This document shows, piece after piece, positions 42,601-53,400 of a stretch of 64,000 nucleotides of DNA. This stretch comes from Macrostomum lignano (lineage: Eukaryota), in NCBI GenBank assembly GCA_002269645.1, contig NIVC01000045.1:248001-312000 (forward strand). Direction: 5' to 3'. Position 1 is the first letter of the stretch. Every line of letters begins with the position of its first letter. A program made the position numbers and the translations under genes. Below the pieces are notes generated by a model, which made no database searches, was not told the DNA's origin, and saw only the letters and a program-made list of their open reading frames with translations.

Positions 42601-45600
42601 AAGGATGAGATTTTAGGGATGAGATTTAGGAGTAAGATTGTTGCATTGAAACTGAAGGGTGAGAAAGTGGTGGAAGTTTTTCTACCTCTGTCTCACAAGT
42701 TCCCTAAAGAAGCCCCATAGCAACCACAAAGAACATCACAATGACCCGATAGCAAATGAATAACAAAAGCCATTAGGACATAACAACAACAACAACAATA
42801 TAGCAAAGCATAGCAACCCCATAGCAACCCCATACGAGCGTAGCAGCCCTATAGCAGCCCCATAGCAACTCCATAGTAACAACTTTACAAAGCAACTAAG
42901 CAAGCCCATAGCAACAACTTTACATAGCAACTAAGCAAGCCCATAGCAACAAATTTACATAGCAACTAAGCAAGCCCATAGCAACAACTTTACATAGCAA
43001 CTAAGCAAGCCCATAGCAACAACTTTACATAGCAACTAAGCAAGCCCATAGCAACAACTTTACATAGCAACTAATCAAGCCCATAGCAACAACTTTACAT
43101 AGCAACCCTATAGCAACAGCTTTACATAGCAACGCCATAGCAACAACTTTACATAGCAACCCCATAGCAACCCCATAGCAACACCATAGCAACCCCATAG
43201 CAACACCATAGCAACCCCATAGCAACCCCATAGAAACCCCATAGAAACCCCATAGCAACCCCATAGCAACCCCATAGCAACCCCATAGCAACCCCGTAGA
43301 CTCACACGGCAGAACATCGGTTTTCTCGCCTCCGCACGGCGCATTGAGATCCATCTCGGCAATTTTGTTTCTACCCAAACCGAACCGCTGACTCAAATAG
43401 TACAGATAAGTGTTATCAGGTGTCCACTCGTTGTACTGCACTTTGGTGTGCACAAGTTTATAATCATACTTCTTCCTGAGCTTATAGGCAGGAAAATAGT
43501 TCTCCAACTGCTTGTTGCACCGGTCAATATCGGCTTGAGTCCCGCCGCGAATCTCCAGGATGCAGAATCGCATCGACTGTGAGCTGATCTTTCGAGTGAG
43601 CATCTTGTTGCACACGGAGAAGATGCACCGAGTTCGAGTGCAGGCCGCCTTGATGCGGGTGTCGCTGACCATCTGCAGGGTCTGATCGCAGATCGGCATG
43701 ATGTACTGCTCGCGAAATTTCATCTCCCGATAAGTCATGATGGCGGTGTATTGTTTGTGCCGGCGTTTCTTGGAAATAATGCGATCAGATTGACAGTTTT
43801 AATATCTGTCTGTTATCATCGAAATCTTTGAGAATTTTAAAGCTGGATGTTCCAATTGCTTTGAGACATCGTAGGTTTGGCCATAGACTATGTCATTTAT
43901 TGAGCAGCTTCTGAATAAGTGCTCTAGCAGGTTTTTGCAGATTAAAATTTGTGCAATATAAAAGTTGCTCAGGCGTCAGCGGAATGGGCTGTCCCAATCC
44001 CAACTAACTAAACAAACTAAATTTAGACTTTTACAACCGTAGTTTAATTAGTTATACTTCTCTCCTATTGCAGACTTACAGTAACTGCCATGTGCCCAAT
44101 GGACTTGACCTACTTCCCAATGGATGCGCAGATCTGTTCCGTGGAAATTGAAAGTTGTGAGTGAAAGAAAGTTTTTTCTACTCATTGAAGTGATGAATGA
44201 TAAACCAAAATCCATAAGTTAAAAATTTATCGATCAAGAATTGTGAATTGTAAATGTGCAAACCCAAGAAACTGTGAGTCTGCAAATTTGTGAATCTGTG
44301 AATCTGTGAATCTGTGAGTCTGTGAGTCTGTGAATCTGTGAATCTGTGAATCTGTGAATCTGTGAATCTGTGAATCTGTGAATCTGTGAATCTGTGAGTC
44401 TGAATATGTAAATCTGTGAATCTGTGAATCTGTAAATCTGTGAATCTGTGAGTCTGGGAATACAGTATGTAAATCTGTGAATCTGTGAGTCTGGGAATAC
44501 AGTATGTAAATCTGTGACTCTGTGAGTCTGTGAATATGTAAATCTGTGAATTTGTGAATATGTAAATCTGTGAATCTGTGAATCTGTGAATCTGTAAATC
44601 TGTGAATCTGTGAGTCTGTGAATCTGTGAATCTGTGAGTCTGTGAATCTGTGAATCTGTGAATCTGTTAATCTGTAAGTCTGTGAAATATGTCAATCTGT
44701 GAACCTGTGAATCAGTAAAGCTGTGACATCTGTACATACTCCCTCACGCCCTCCCCACTCCCAGTCGGCTACACAACAAAGGACATTCGCTATCACTGGG
44801 ATGTGGTGAAGCCTCTAGAGGTGTCCGAGGATGTCCGCCTGCCGCAGTATGTTGTCCGAGGCAAACGGAAGAAAATCAAAGAGGTGGCCCTGTCAACTGG
44901 TGAGACTCTTGTCTGAGACCTGCTCACGATTATGAGTCCTCATAACTGTGTAACCGCATTTGACTTGTTCAAGGGAAGCAGAAGGTCGAGAGGATGATTC
45001 AAAGCCAAAGGTTGAGGGATAATTAGTACTTGATAATTGAGTGAATGAAATAGTTAAAAACAGGGTAGATATTGGGTAAAGAGAGTGGGAGAGGAAGTTA
45101 AAAAGTTTGATACATGGGGCAGAGACTAGAAGGAAGGGAGCAAGTAAGAGTATATAGAAGAAAGTCGAGAAGGTAGATAAAAGAGAGTAAAGAGGGTAGA
45201 TAGAAGAGAGTAGAGAAGTAGATAGAAGAGAGTAGAGAGGGTAGATAGAATAGAGTAGAGAAGTAGATAGAAGAGAGTAGAGAAGGTAGATAGAAGAGAG
45301 TAGAGAGGGTAGATAGAATAGAGTGGAGAGGGTAGATAGAAGAGAGTAGAGAAGTAGATAGAAGAGAGTAGAGAGGGTAGATAGAATAGAGTAGAGAAGT
45401 AGATAGAAGAGAGTAGAGAAGGTAGATAGAAGAGAGTAGAGAGGGTAGATAGAATAGAGTGGAGAGGTAGATAGAAGAGAGTAGAGATGGTAGATAGAAG
45501 AGAGTAGAGAGGGTAGATAGAATAGAGTAGAGAAGTAGATAGAAGAGAGTAGAGAAGGTAGATAGAAGAGAGTAGAGAGGGTAGATAGAATAGAGTGGAG

Positions 45601-47531
45601 AGGTAGATAGAAGAGAGTAGAGATGGTAGATAGAAGAGAGTAGAGAGGGTAGATAGAATAGAGTAGAGAAGTAGATAGAAGAGAGTAGAGAAGGTAGATA
45701 GAAGAGAGTAGAGAGGGTAGATAGAAGAGAGTAGAGATGGTAGATAAAAGAGTGTAAAGAGAGTAGATAGAAAGGGTAGATAGGGTAGATAGAAGAGAGT
45801 AGAGAAGGTAGATAAAAGGGAGTAGAGAGAGTGGATAAAAGGGAGTAGAGAAGTAGATAGAAGAGAGTAGAGAAGTAGATAGAAGAGAGTAGAGAGGGTA
45901 GATAGAAGAGAGTAGAGACGGTAGATAGAAGTAAGTAGAGAGTGTAGATAGAAGAGAGAAGAGAGGTCGATACGAGTAGAAGAGAGAAGAGAAGGTAGAT
46001 AAACGAGAGGTAGAGAGTGTAAATGGAAGAGAGTAGAGAGGGTAGATAAAAGGGGGTAGATAGAGGGGCAGACATTGGTGGATAATGTTTGGAAAGCCAG
46101 TATTTAGAAGCCGTTAAATTAAAAATACTTCGGTGGTATCAGAAAACCAGTACAAAACCAACCGGCTCTCTCCCCAAACCTACCCAGGCAACTACTCTCG
46201 CTTAGCGGCAGAGTTCTACTTCGCCAGGAGCATGGGCTACTATCTAATCCAGATCTACATACCCAGCACTCTGATTGTGGTCCTCAGCTGGGTCAGCTTC
46301 TGGTTGTCAAGGACTGCCGTGCCCGCCAGGGTGGCTCTGGGTGAGCTGATCAGCTGCTGGTGGCCAAGGGTTGTTGCTCAAGCTGTCTTAAGTTGAATTT
46401 AGAAAATTTTCCCAGAATACTTTAGTAGGTAGAGAATTAGGGATTTGGTGTACTTTTAACATTTTTATTTCGACTTTTTATACAAGAGGTTAGCGAGCTG
46501 TTCCAAGTCAATGCTGTACATCTCTCCTTCTCACCCTCTGTCCCTCTCTCTTCCTCTCTCCCCCTACCCTACTTCTTCTATCTTCCTCTCTCCCTCTACC
46601 CTACTTCTTCTATCTTCCTCTCTCCCTCTACCCTACTTCTTCTATCTTCCTCTCTCCCTCTACCCTACTTTCTCTATCTTCCTCTCTCCCCCTACCCTAC
46701 TTCTTCTATCTTCCTCTCTCCCTCTACCCTACTTTCTCTATCTTCCTCTCTCCCTCTACCCTACTTCCTCTACCTTCCTCCTCTCCCCCTACCCTACTTT
46801 CTCTCTCTTCCTCTCTCCCTCTCTCACTCGCTTTTCAATCAATACTTCTAATTTCAACCCTCCCGTCCATTTCCCCATCCTAAATTTAATCCCGCTCCGA
46901 CAATTTTCGCTAGCATTCCTCTATCGCGCAGCAACACCTCCCACCCTGCGAATCCCCAGGCATCACCACAGTGCTCACCATGACAACGCTGATCTCATCA
47001 ACAAACGCAGCCCTGCCTAAGATAAGCTACCTGAAATCAATTGACGTATTTCTGGTCACCTGCTTCTTCATGGTGTTCGCATCCCTTCTTGAGTACGCCG
47101 CGGTCAGTTACATCGCTAAACGAACAGCTGATTTAGATAAATCTTCTAGAAGGCAGCAACAGCAAGAGCAACAGCCGATTGAACAACAGGAACAACAGCA
47201 GCAGCAACAGCAACAGCAAACTCCAGTGTTGAACAGCGTCAATCTGCATCAGTTCGACATGATTGACGATGACTCTGGCAGTCAGGGCAACCCTCTCGCC
47301 AAGTCCAATGCCTCTGCTAGCTTTCCTCTGATTGGTCAGCCAGGGGTCTGCTTTCAGACCCAGCAGCAGCAGCAGCAGCAGCCGCCACCTGCGGCATCCA
47401 ACAGCATCAGAGGTGGAGCCGCCACTTTGAAGCGAAGGTGTCCGCCCTCCCAGCAGCAGAGTTTGAACTGCGAGTCTGGCAGAACTCAACCAGATGCTCT
47501 GCATGAGGAGACGCCGTTTCTGGCGCAGACT
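27611..47531 (+). CDS. Rdl: RDL-like GABA-gated chloride channel subunit (Cys-loop), 513 codons through the M3-M4 loop; exons 27611-27768, 28409-28530, 29094-29164, 32340-32584, 44074-44156, 44765-44899, 46188-46340, 46960-47531; M4 exon not found
   Basis: Signal peptide; YDKRIRP; SSISEVNM|[10 protein letters not shown]; WWPDTFF; Cys loop [15 protein letters not shown]; EIESFGY; TGNYSRL; M1 [10 protein letters not shown]; M2 [17 protein letters not shown]; [11 protein letters not shown]; M3 VFASLLEY. All seven junctions are phase-consistent (2,1,0,2,1,1,1). Confidence 0.93.
27775..28125. repeat. 12-bp (TGAGTGAGTTCA)n, RDL intron 1
   Basis: Directly visible. Confidence 0.95.
28560..29035. repeat. 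23-bp (GTTGAGTAGGGAGAGGCCCGAGT)n, RDL intron 2
   Basis: Directly visible. Confidence 0.96.
29250..29797. repeat. 15-bp (GAGACACATGACAAT)n, RDL intron 3
   Basis: Directly visible. Confidence 0.95.
30441..30928. repeat. 40-bp minisatellite (CTCTGATTGGCTGGAAGCGGAGTGGGATGGATGGTTTTGT), ~12 copies
   Basis: Near-identical copies, directly visible. Confidence 0.97.
31410..32300. repeat. 46-bp minisatellite (GAGTGAGGTGGGTGTCATGGCCGTCCCTGATT..)
   Basis: Directly visible; related to the 42-bp array at 41790-42112. Confidence 0.94.
32622..33048 (-). mobile_element. Probable 5'-truncated LINE fragment related to the LOA-like element, with internal GA/GT microsatellite
   Basis: Minus strand GCGGCCTAAGGCTCAGCGGAATGGG...CTTGCCTTCTCTCCGACTGAGGGTCTAC resembles the 3' UTR of the 34275-40033 element (GCGGGCCTTCAGGGGCTAGCGGAATGGG...CTCGCCTCCCCGCTGTGTCTAC). 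It is flanked by a 12-bp direct repeat AGAGCTACTCAA (32610-32621, 33049-33060). Confidence 0.5.
33457..34110. repeat. 21-bp (TGTGAATGCGAATAGGGGACC)n
   Basis: Directly visible. Confidence 0.95.
34390..38093 (-). CDS. Retrotransposon ORF2: APE endonuclease, reverse transcriptase, RNase H and Cys/His knuckle; one 1-nt frameshift at ~35737-35740
   Basis: LQINLQH, LVQEP, GDINAH, SDH (APE); [25 protein letters not shown] (RT); [18 protein letters not shown] across the shift; YTDGS, SDSQAAL, WIPGHAG..GNELAD (RNase H); CPFC..HFVCHC. Confidence 0.95.
38096..39561 (-). CDS. Retrotransposon ORF1 (low-complexity N-terminus plus DUF4780-like domain); one 1-nt frameshift at ~39138-39142
   Basis: ATG at 39561 (MASSASL...[16 protein letters not shown]) continues, after a one-base shift, as [13 protein letters not shown]...FRVWIP...ILLKLHPDL...VILGL...IHIGL. 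This pattern resembles LOA-type ORF1 domains. The domain assignment is from memory. Confidence 0.75.
39782..40033 (-). ncRNA. HDV-like (nested double-pseudoknot) self-cleaving ribozyme at the retrotransposon 5' end
   Basis: P1 GCACGCG (40033-40027) / CGCGUGU (39832-39826) with G1-U wobble; P2 GUCGACCCA (39854-39846) / UGGGCUCCGAC (39792-39782); P3 GGG/CCC; L3 UACUCGU; P1.1 AC/GU; P4 hairpin 39823-39798; J4/2 CAGAC with putative catalytic C at 39797. Confidence 0.85.
40877..41323. repeat. 16-bp (GCCCCTTGGTGCTAAA)n
   Basis: About 28 directly visible copies. Confidence 0.97.
41790..42112. repeat. 42-bp minisatellite (GAGTGAGGTGGGTGTTATAGCTAGTCTTTGTTATCGCAGTGG)
   Basis: Directly visible. Confidence 0.9.
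42240..43768 (-). CDS. Uncharacterised protein nested antisense in RDL intron 4; exons 43768(or ATG 43738)-43306 and 42589-42240
   Basis: Two non-repetitive ORFs are joined by a GTGAGT donor (43305) and a CCGCAG acceptor (42590) in matching phase 1. The intron is filled with a CATAGCAAC repeat like other introns here. No family recognised. Confidence 0.72.
42715..43297. repeat. CATAGCAAC-based compound minisatellite (intron of nested gene)
   Basis: Directly visible. Confidence 0.92.
44270..44712. repeat. 8-bp (TGTGAATC)n, RDL intron 5
   Basis: Directly visible. Confidence 0.95.
45150..46070. repeat. Purine-rich GTAGATAGAAGAGAGTAGAGA repeat, RDL intron 6
   Basis: Directly visible. Confidence 0.93.
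46520..46830. repeat. Pyrimidine-rich CTCTCCCTCTACCCTACTTCTTCTATCTTC repeat, RDL intron 7
   Basis: Directly visible. Confidence 0.9.
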
Positions 47532-47571
47532 GTGAGAACCATGGGGCTGAGCCTTGCTGAAGCAGTGAATG

Positions 47572-49953
47572 GATAGATTAGCAATCCATTCTATTCCTGC
47601 ATTCATATTGGAGAGATAGATTAGCAATCCATTCTATTCCTGCATTCATATTGGAGAGATAGATTAGCAATCCATTCTATTCCTGCATTCATATTGAAGA
47701 GATAGATTAGCAATCCATTCTATTCCTGTATTCATATTGAAGAGATAAATTAGCAATCCGTTCTATTCCTGCATCAATATTGGAGAGGTAGATTAGCAGT
47801 CCATTCTATTCCTGCATTCATATTGAAGAGATAGATTAGCAATCCATTCTATTCCTGCATTCATATTGAAGAGATAGATTAGCAATCCATTCTATTCCTG
47901 CATTCATATTGAAGAGATAGATTAGCAATCCATTCTATTCCTAAATTCATATATTGAAGAGATAGATTAGCAATCCATTCTATTCCTGCATTCATATTGG
48001 AGAGATAGATTAGCAATCCATTCTATTCCTGCATTCATATTGAAGAGATAGATTAGCAATCCATTCTATTCCTGCATTCATATTGAAGAGATAGATTAGC
48101 AATCCATTCTATTCCTGCATTCATATTGAAGAGATAGATTAGCAATCCATTCTATTCCTGCATTCATATTGAAGAGATAGATTAGCAATCCATTCTATTC
48201 CTGCATTCATATTGAAGAGATAGATTAGCAATCCATTCTATTCCTAAATTCATATATTGAAGAGATAGATTAGCAATCCATTCTATTCCTGCATTCATAT
48301 TGAAGAGATAGATTAGCAATCCATTCTATTCCTGCATTCATATTGGAGAGATAGATTAGCAATCCATTCTACTCCTGCATTCATATTGAAGAGATAGATT
48401 AGCAATCCATTCTATTCCTGCATTCATATTAAAGAGATAGATTAGCAATCCATTCTATTCCTGCATCAATATTGGAGAGATAGATTAGCAGTCCATTCTA
48501 CTCCTGCATTCATATTGAAGAGATAGATTAGCAATCCATTCTATTCCTGCATTCATATTGAACAGAGATTAGCAATCCATTCTATTCCTGCACTCATTTT
48601 GAAGAGATAGATTAGCAATCCATTCTATTCCTGCATTCATATTGAAGAGATAGATTAGCAATCCATTCTATTCCTAAATTCATATATTGAAGAGATAGAT
48701 TAGCAATCCATTCTATTCCTGCATTCATATTGAAGAGATAGATTAGCAATCCATTCTATTTCTGCATTCATATTGGAGAGATAGATTAGCAATCCATTCT
48801 ATTCCTGCATTCATATTGAACAGATAGATTAGCAATCCATTCTATTTCTGCATTCATATTGAAGAGATAGATTAGCAATCCATTCTATTCCTGCATTCAT
48901 ATTGAAGAGATAGATTAGCAATCCATTCTATTCCTGCATTCATATTGAAGAGATAGATTAGCAATCCATTCTATTCCTGCATTCATATTGAAGAGATAGA
49001 TTAGCAATCCATTCTATTCCTGCATTCATATTGAAGAGATAGATTAGCAATCCATTCTATTCCTGCATTCATATTGAAGAGATAGATTAGCAATCCATTC
49101 TATTCCTAAATTCATATATTGAAGAGATAGATTAGCAATCCATTCTATTCCTGCATTCATATTGAAGAGATAGATTAGCAATCCATTCTATTCCTGCATT
49201 CATATTGGAGAGATAGATTAGCAATCCATTCTACTCCTGCATTCATATTGAAGAGATAGATTAGCAATCCATTCTATTCCTGCATTCATATTAAAGAGAT
49301 AGATTAGCAATCCATTCTATTCCTGCATCAATATTGGAGAGATAGATTAGCAGTCCATTCTACTCCTGCATTCATATTGAAGAGATAGATTAGCAATCCA
49401 TTCTATTCCTGCATTCATATTGAACAGAGATTAGCAATCCATTCTATTCCTGCACTCATTTTGAAGAGATAGATTAGCAATCCATTCTATTCCTGCATTC
49501 ATATTGAAGAGATAGATTAGCAATCCATTCTATTCCTAAATTCATATATTGAAGAGATAGATTAGCAATCCATTCTATTCCTGCATTCATATTGAAGAGA
49601 TAGATTAGCAATCCATTCTATTTCTGCATTCATATTGGAGAGATAGATTAGCAATCCATTCTATTCCTGCATTCATATTGAACAGATAGATTAGCAATCC
49701 ATTCTATTTCTGCATTCATATTGAAGAGATAGATTAGCAATCCATTCTATTCCTGCATTCATATTGAAGAGATAGATTAGCAATCCATTCTATTTCTGCA
49801 TTCATATTGGAGAGATAGATTAGCAATCCATTCTATTCCTGCATTCATATTGAAGAGATAGATTAGCAATCCATTCTAATTCTGCATTCATATTGGAGAG
49901 ATAGATTAGCAATCCATTCTATTTCTGCATTCACATTAAAGAGATAGATTAGC
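47572..49953. repeat. 43-bp minisatellite (ATAGATTAGCAATCCATTCTATTCCTGCATTCATATTGAAGAG), ~55 copies
   Basis: Directly visible; begins about 40 nt after the RDL exon 8 donor. Confidence 0.98.
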
Positions 49954-50453
49954 ACGTCATTTCTCACTGCTCAAAAATCAATCAACATAATCAATAATCA
50001 GTAACAACACAGGATTTTTTGAAGCAAAACTCGATTTAAAAAATGCCAGAGAGAAAATATTTTATATTTGTTAAGACTTTACGTAGAGCAACTCAAAAAA
50101 AACATTGAGAATCTGCAGCCGAAACGAATCAAACAAACCTGTAATCATTTCTACTCGATATTTTTGAGCAAGGTAAAAACATAACAAGCAACAACAGGCG
50201 GGCAGTTAAAAATATAATTCGGAGCAACTAAAAACCCAAAATCCAACTTCAAGCGCAAGAGAAAGACGGTGTTTTCAAAAGATAAACAGGCAATAAAAAG
50301 TTAGAAAATATTTTAAACACTTCAAATATCTATTGGAGCATAAAAATGCATTAGCAAAGGTGGTTAAAAACTAACAAATTAATCAACAACAACAACAGGC
50401 CCAAGAAGTATTGCTCAGACTAACACACAGTTATTTTCAAAAGTCGTTTTAAA

Positions 50454-53400
50454 TCAGACTTGGCTTGCCGGATGAGCGTTTGGCGACGAGCTTGGTGCCA
50501 CATTAGGTGCCGCATTAGGCGCTAAATTAGACCCAGCATTAGGCGCAGTCCCTGCCGTTCGACTGCAACTTGCAGCCGAAGCCCGTCGACTCGATGCAGC
50601 GGCTGAGGCCCGTCGACTTTCTGGCGGCTGAGGCAGCCGCGGGGGCGCTGGAACCTCCGTGCTGGGCAGGCGGGTTGGATCGGCGGCTCTGCCGGTGTTG
50701 TTGATGTTGCTGTTCCTCCTGTTGCTGCTCTCGGGCGCATCAGGCCTTGACGCTGCGGGGTTCTCACTGGCTGGTGCGGGTGCTGGTGCTGGTGCAGAGG
50801 TTGCAGTTGCTGTCAAGCCTTTCTCAGCATCTCTCTGCTGCTGCTGCTGCGGCTTATCGTCACTGTCAAACATCAGACTTCGCCGCTGGCTGTTAGTGGA
50901 CGGCTGTTGCGGCCGAATCCTGCTGCCGTAGTTGTTGCGGCGCATTCTGTACAGTCGAATAATGAGTAGAGTGCTCAGGATGAGCAGCAGGAGGCAGGCC
51001 ACGCCCAGGATGCAGTAGATGGCGATTGGCACAGACTGTTCATCGGTTTTGTCCAACTTAGGCTGACGATGGACGGCGATAGGCGCGGTGGACACAAAGG
51101 AGCCGTCTCGGTCAAGCTGCAGGCCGTGGAAAGGACTGCTAGAGGAGAACAGAGCCTCAGTGTTGAGCTCGATATGCTTGGCAGCAGAGCCGGTGTCGAG
51201 CAGCCTAGGGTAGATCTGGTAGCTGACAGAGACCAGGATGGACCCGGGGCTGTACCGAACTGCAGTCACCTGGCCGGAGAACAGGTTGGCAACTCCGCGA
51301 AGGTAGACAGCCAGGGATCGCTTGATAGCCTCGGTGGTGTCCAGGTACAGCAGCGAGCTGGAGTTGCGCAGATCGTCTGGAAATCCGGCGGAATCGAAGC
51401 GCAGCAGCTGGTAGATCGGCACCGGCTGGATCGGGGTCACCTCGCCCAAGGCCAAGGACCTGCCAGCGATGTCGGCGTAGGCATTCAACGAGCTGGCCAG
51501 CTGGTTGATAGCGTCAGTGGCTTCGTCAGGATTGAATGGCTGGCTGGAGTTGTGCAGGGTGAAGTAGGCAGCCGCGGCAGTTGCTGGGATGCGGCGAGCT
51601 GACAGCGGATGCGGCCGGAGGAGGCCGCGCTGGGTGACCCGGGCGGCGCACAGGTCGTCAACAAACCGGAGGCGACCGCTGCCGCGCTGGCGGAAGGCTG
51701 AGGCGATTAGCAGGCAGATAAAGTCGCTGGTGAGGCTGCTGTCGTTGCGGCTGTCTGGCTGAGCGGGGCCGCTGTCCACCAGGTGCACCGACTGCTGCAC
51801 GGCCACGCCGGAGTGCATGAGCTGCAGGTGGTGCCGGTCATAGTGCTGCGGCTGGTGGTCGAAGTCCTGCATGGAGGAAAGCGGGAGGAATCTGCTGGTA
51901 AAGATCATTTGTAGTGATCTTTGTGATGACCCCCTGTGAGCCATGGCATCTCAGCAAACCCCCCCCCCCACTGACTGAGCCATGGCATCTCAGCAACTCC
52001 CCCATTGAGCCATAGCATCTCAGCAAGCCTTGAGTCAGCCAGACAAACAAAGCAACAAACAAATAAACAAACCTGCAAAGGCAGAGTGAGGTTGGAGCTG
52101 GTCAGACCCGTCAGGTTGGCAAGCTGAGCTCGCAGCTGCCGTGGCGTGGAGTCCGGATTGCGCGGGCCAGTGGAGGCGAGCGTGGCCAACACGCTGACAA
52201 GCTGATGGTGCCGGCCGGGACCGCCAGATCCCAGACGCTTCCAGCGCATCAGGCGGAGCTGCACCACTCTGATGCTGTTAGACGAAGCCGACGACCGGCT
52301 TAGAAGCGCTTCGAGATGGCGTCGAGCCCCGGCTGCCAAAGCGTAACCGTGCAGCGACGGGCCCTCCTCGGCGTAGTCGAAGGTGGCCTGGACGTCGAAC
52401 CAGTCAGCAACGCCCGCGGGCAGTCCGGTGCGCCTGGTCAGCAGCCGCAGGTCGATGCCTCTGCTGGACAGCTGGGCTGGCAGCACGTGCTCGTTGGTGG
52501 CCAGACGCAGCAGCTGCTTGGTCACGTGATCCCGGATGTCAGCCTCGGAAACGTCTGCTCTAGCCAGCAGGCGGACCAACAAGAAGGCGATCACGGTGGA
52601 GTTGCGACCGTAGCACTCAAAATCGAAGCCGGCTAAGGTGAGGCTGCTGACATTGCCGAGGCTGGTGCCGTTGCCGGGGTACAGCTGGCCAAGGATGAAA
52701 TGCAGCCGGTGCCGCATCAGCTGGTTGAGATCGTCGTGGCTGAGCTTGCGCATCGTGTCTGAGCCGACAAAGCCGTCAAACTGCAGTCGCTGGTAGATCA
52801 ACAAGCCGACTGTCTCGTTGGCGGCGTCGGCGGTTGCCACCGGGCGGAGCTCCTGGTGCCGAGCTAGACAGAGTGAGCAGCTGGCCAGCTCATTATTAAC
52901 AGCCACCCAGGCTGCAGAAAAGCCGTCCATGACTTGGCGCTGACTGAGGCCGGCAGGTTTCGGATAGCGGATGCACAGAGTCACTGAGATGTTGTCAGAT
53001 CGCAGCCAGGCCAGTTTAGGCCAGTCTGAGCTGGTCTGATTGGTCCAGCGCTGCATAGCGGTGTTGAGCAGCCGCTGGGTGAGGAAGGACAGCAGAGGGT
53101 CTGGGCGCAGTGGAATGTCTCTGTAGCGATAGAAAACTGGCAGAGATGGGCTGGCAAACAGCTGCAGTCGGTGCTCAACAAACTCGGACGACGCTGCAGA
53201 ACTTGTTGAACGCCTTCGACGACTCTTGCTAGCTGACGGTTGCGCTGGAGTATCAGACTCTGTAGAGTTCTGCGGCGGAGTAGGCAGGGGTTCGAACTCT
53301 GGCCACACAGTGACAATGGGACGATCAGTGAACAGTGCAGCAGCCAGAGGCCAGTTGGAGACGGCTTGAGCAACAGACAGTCGCAGGTGGTCGGGCGAAT

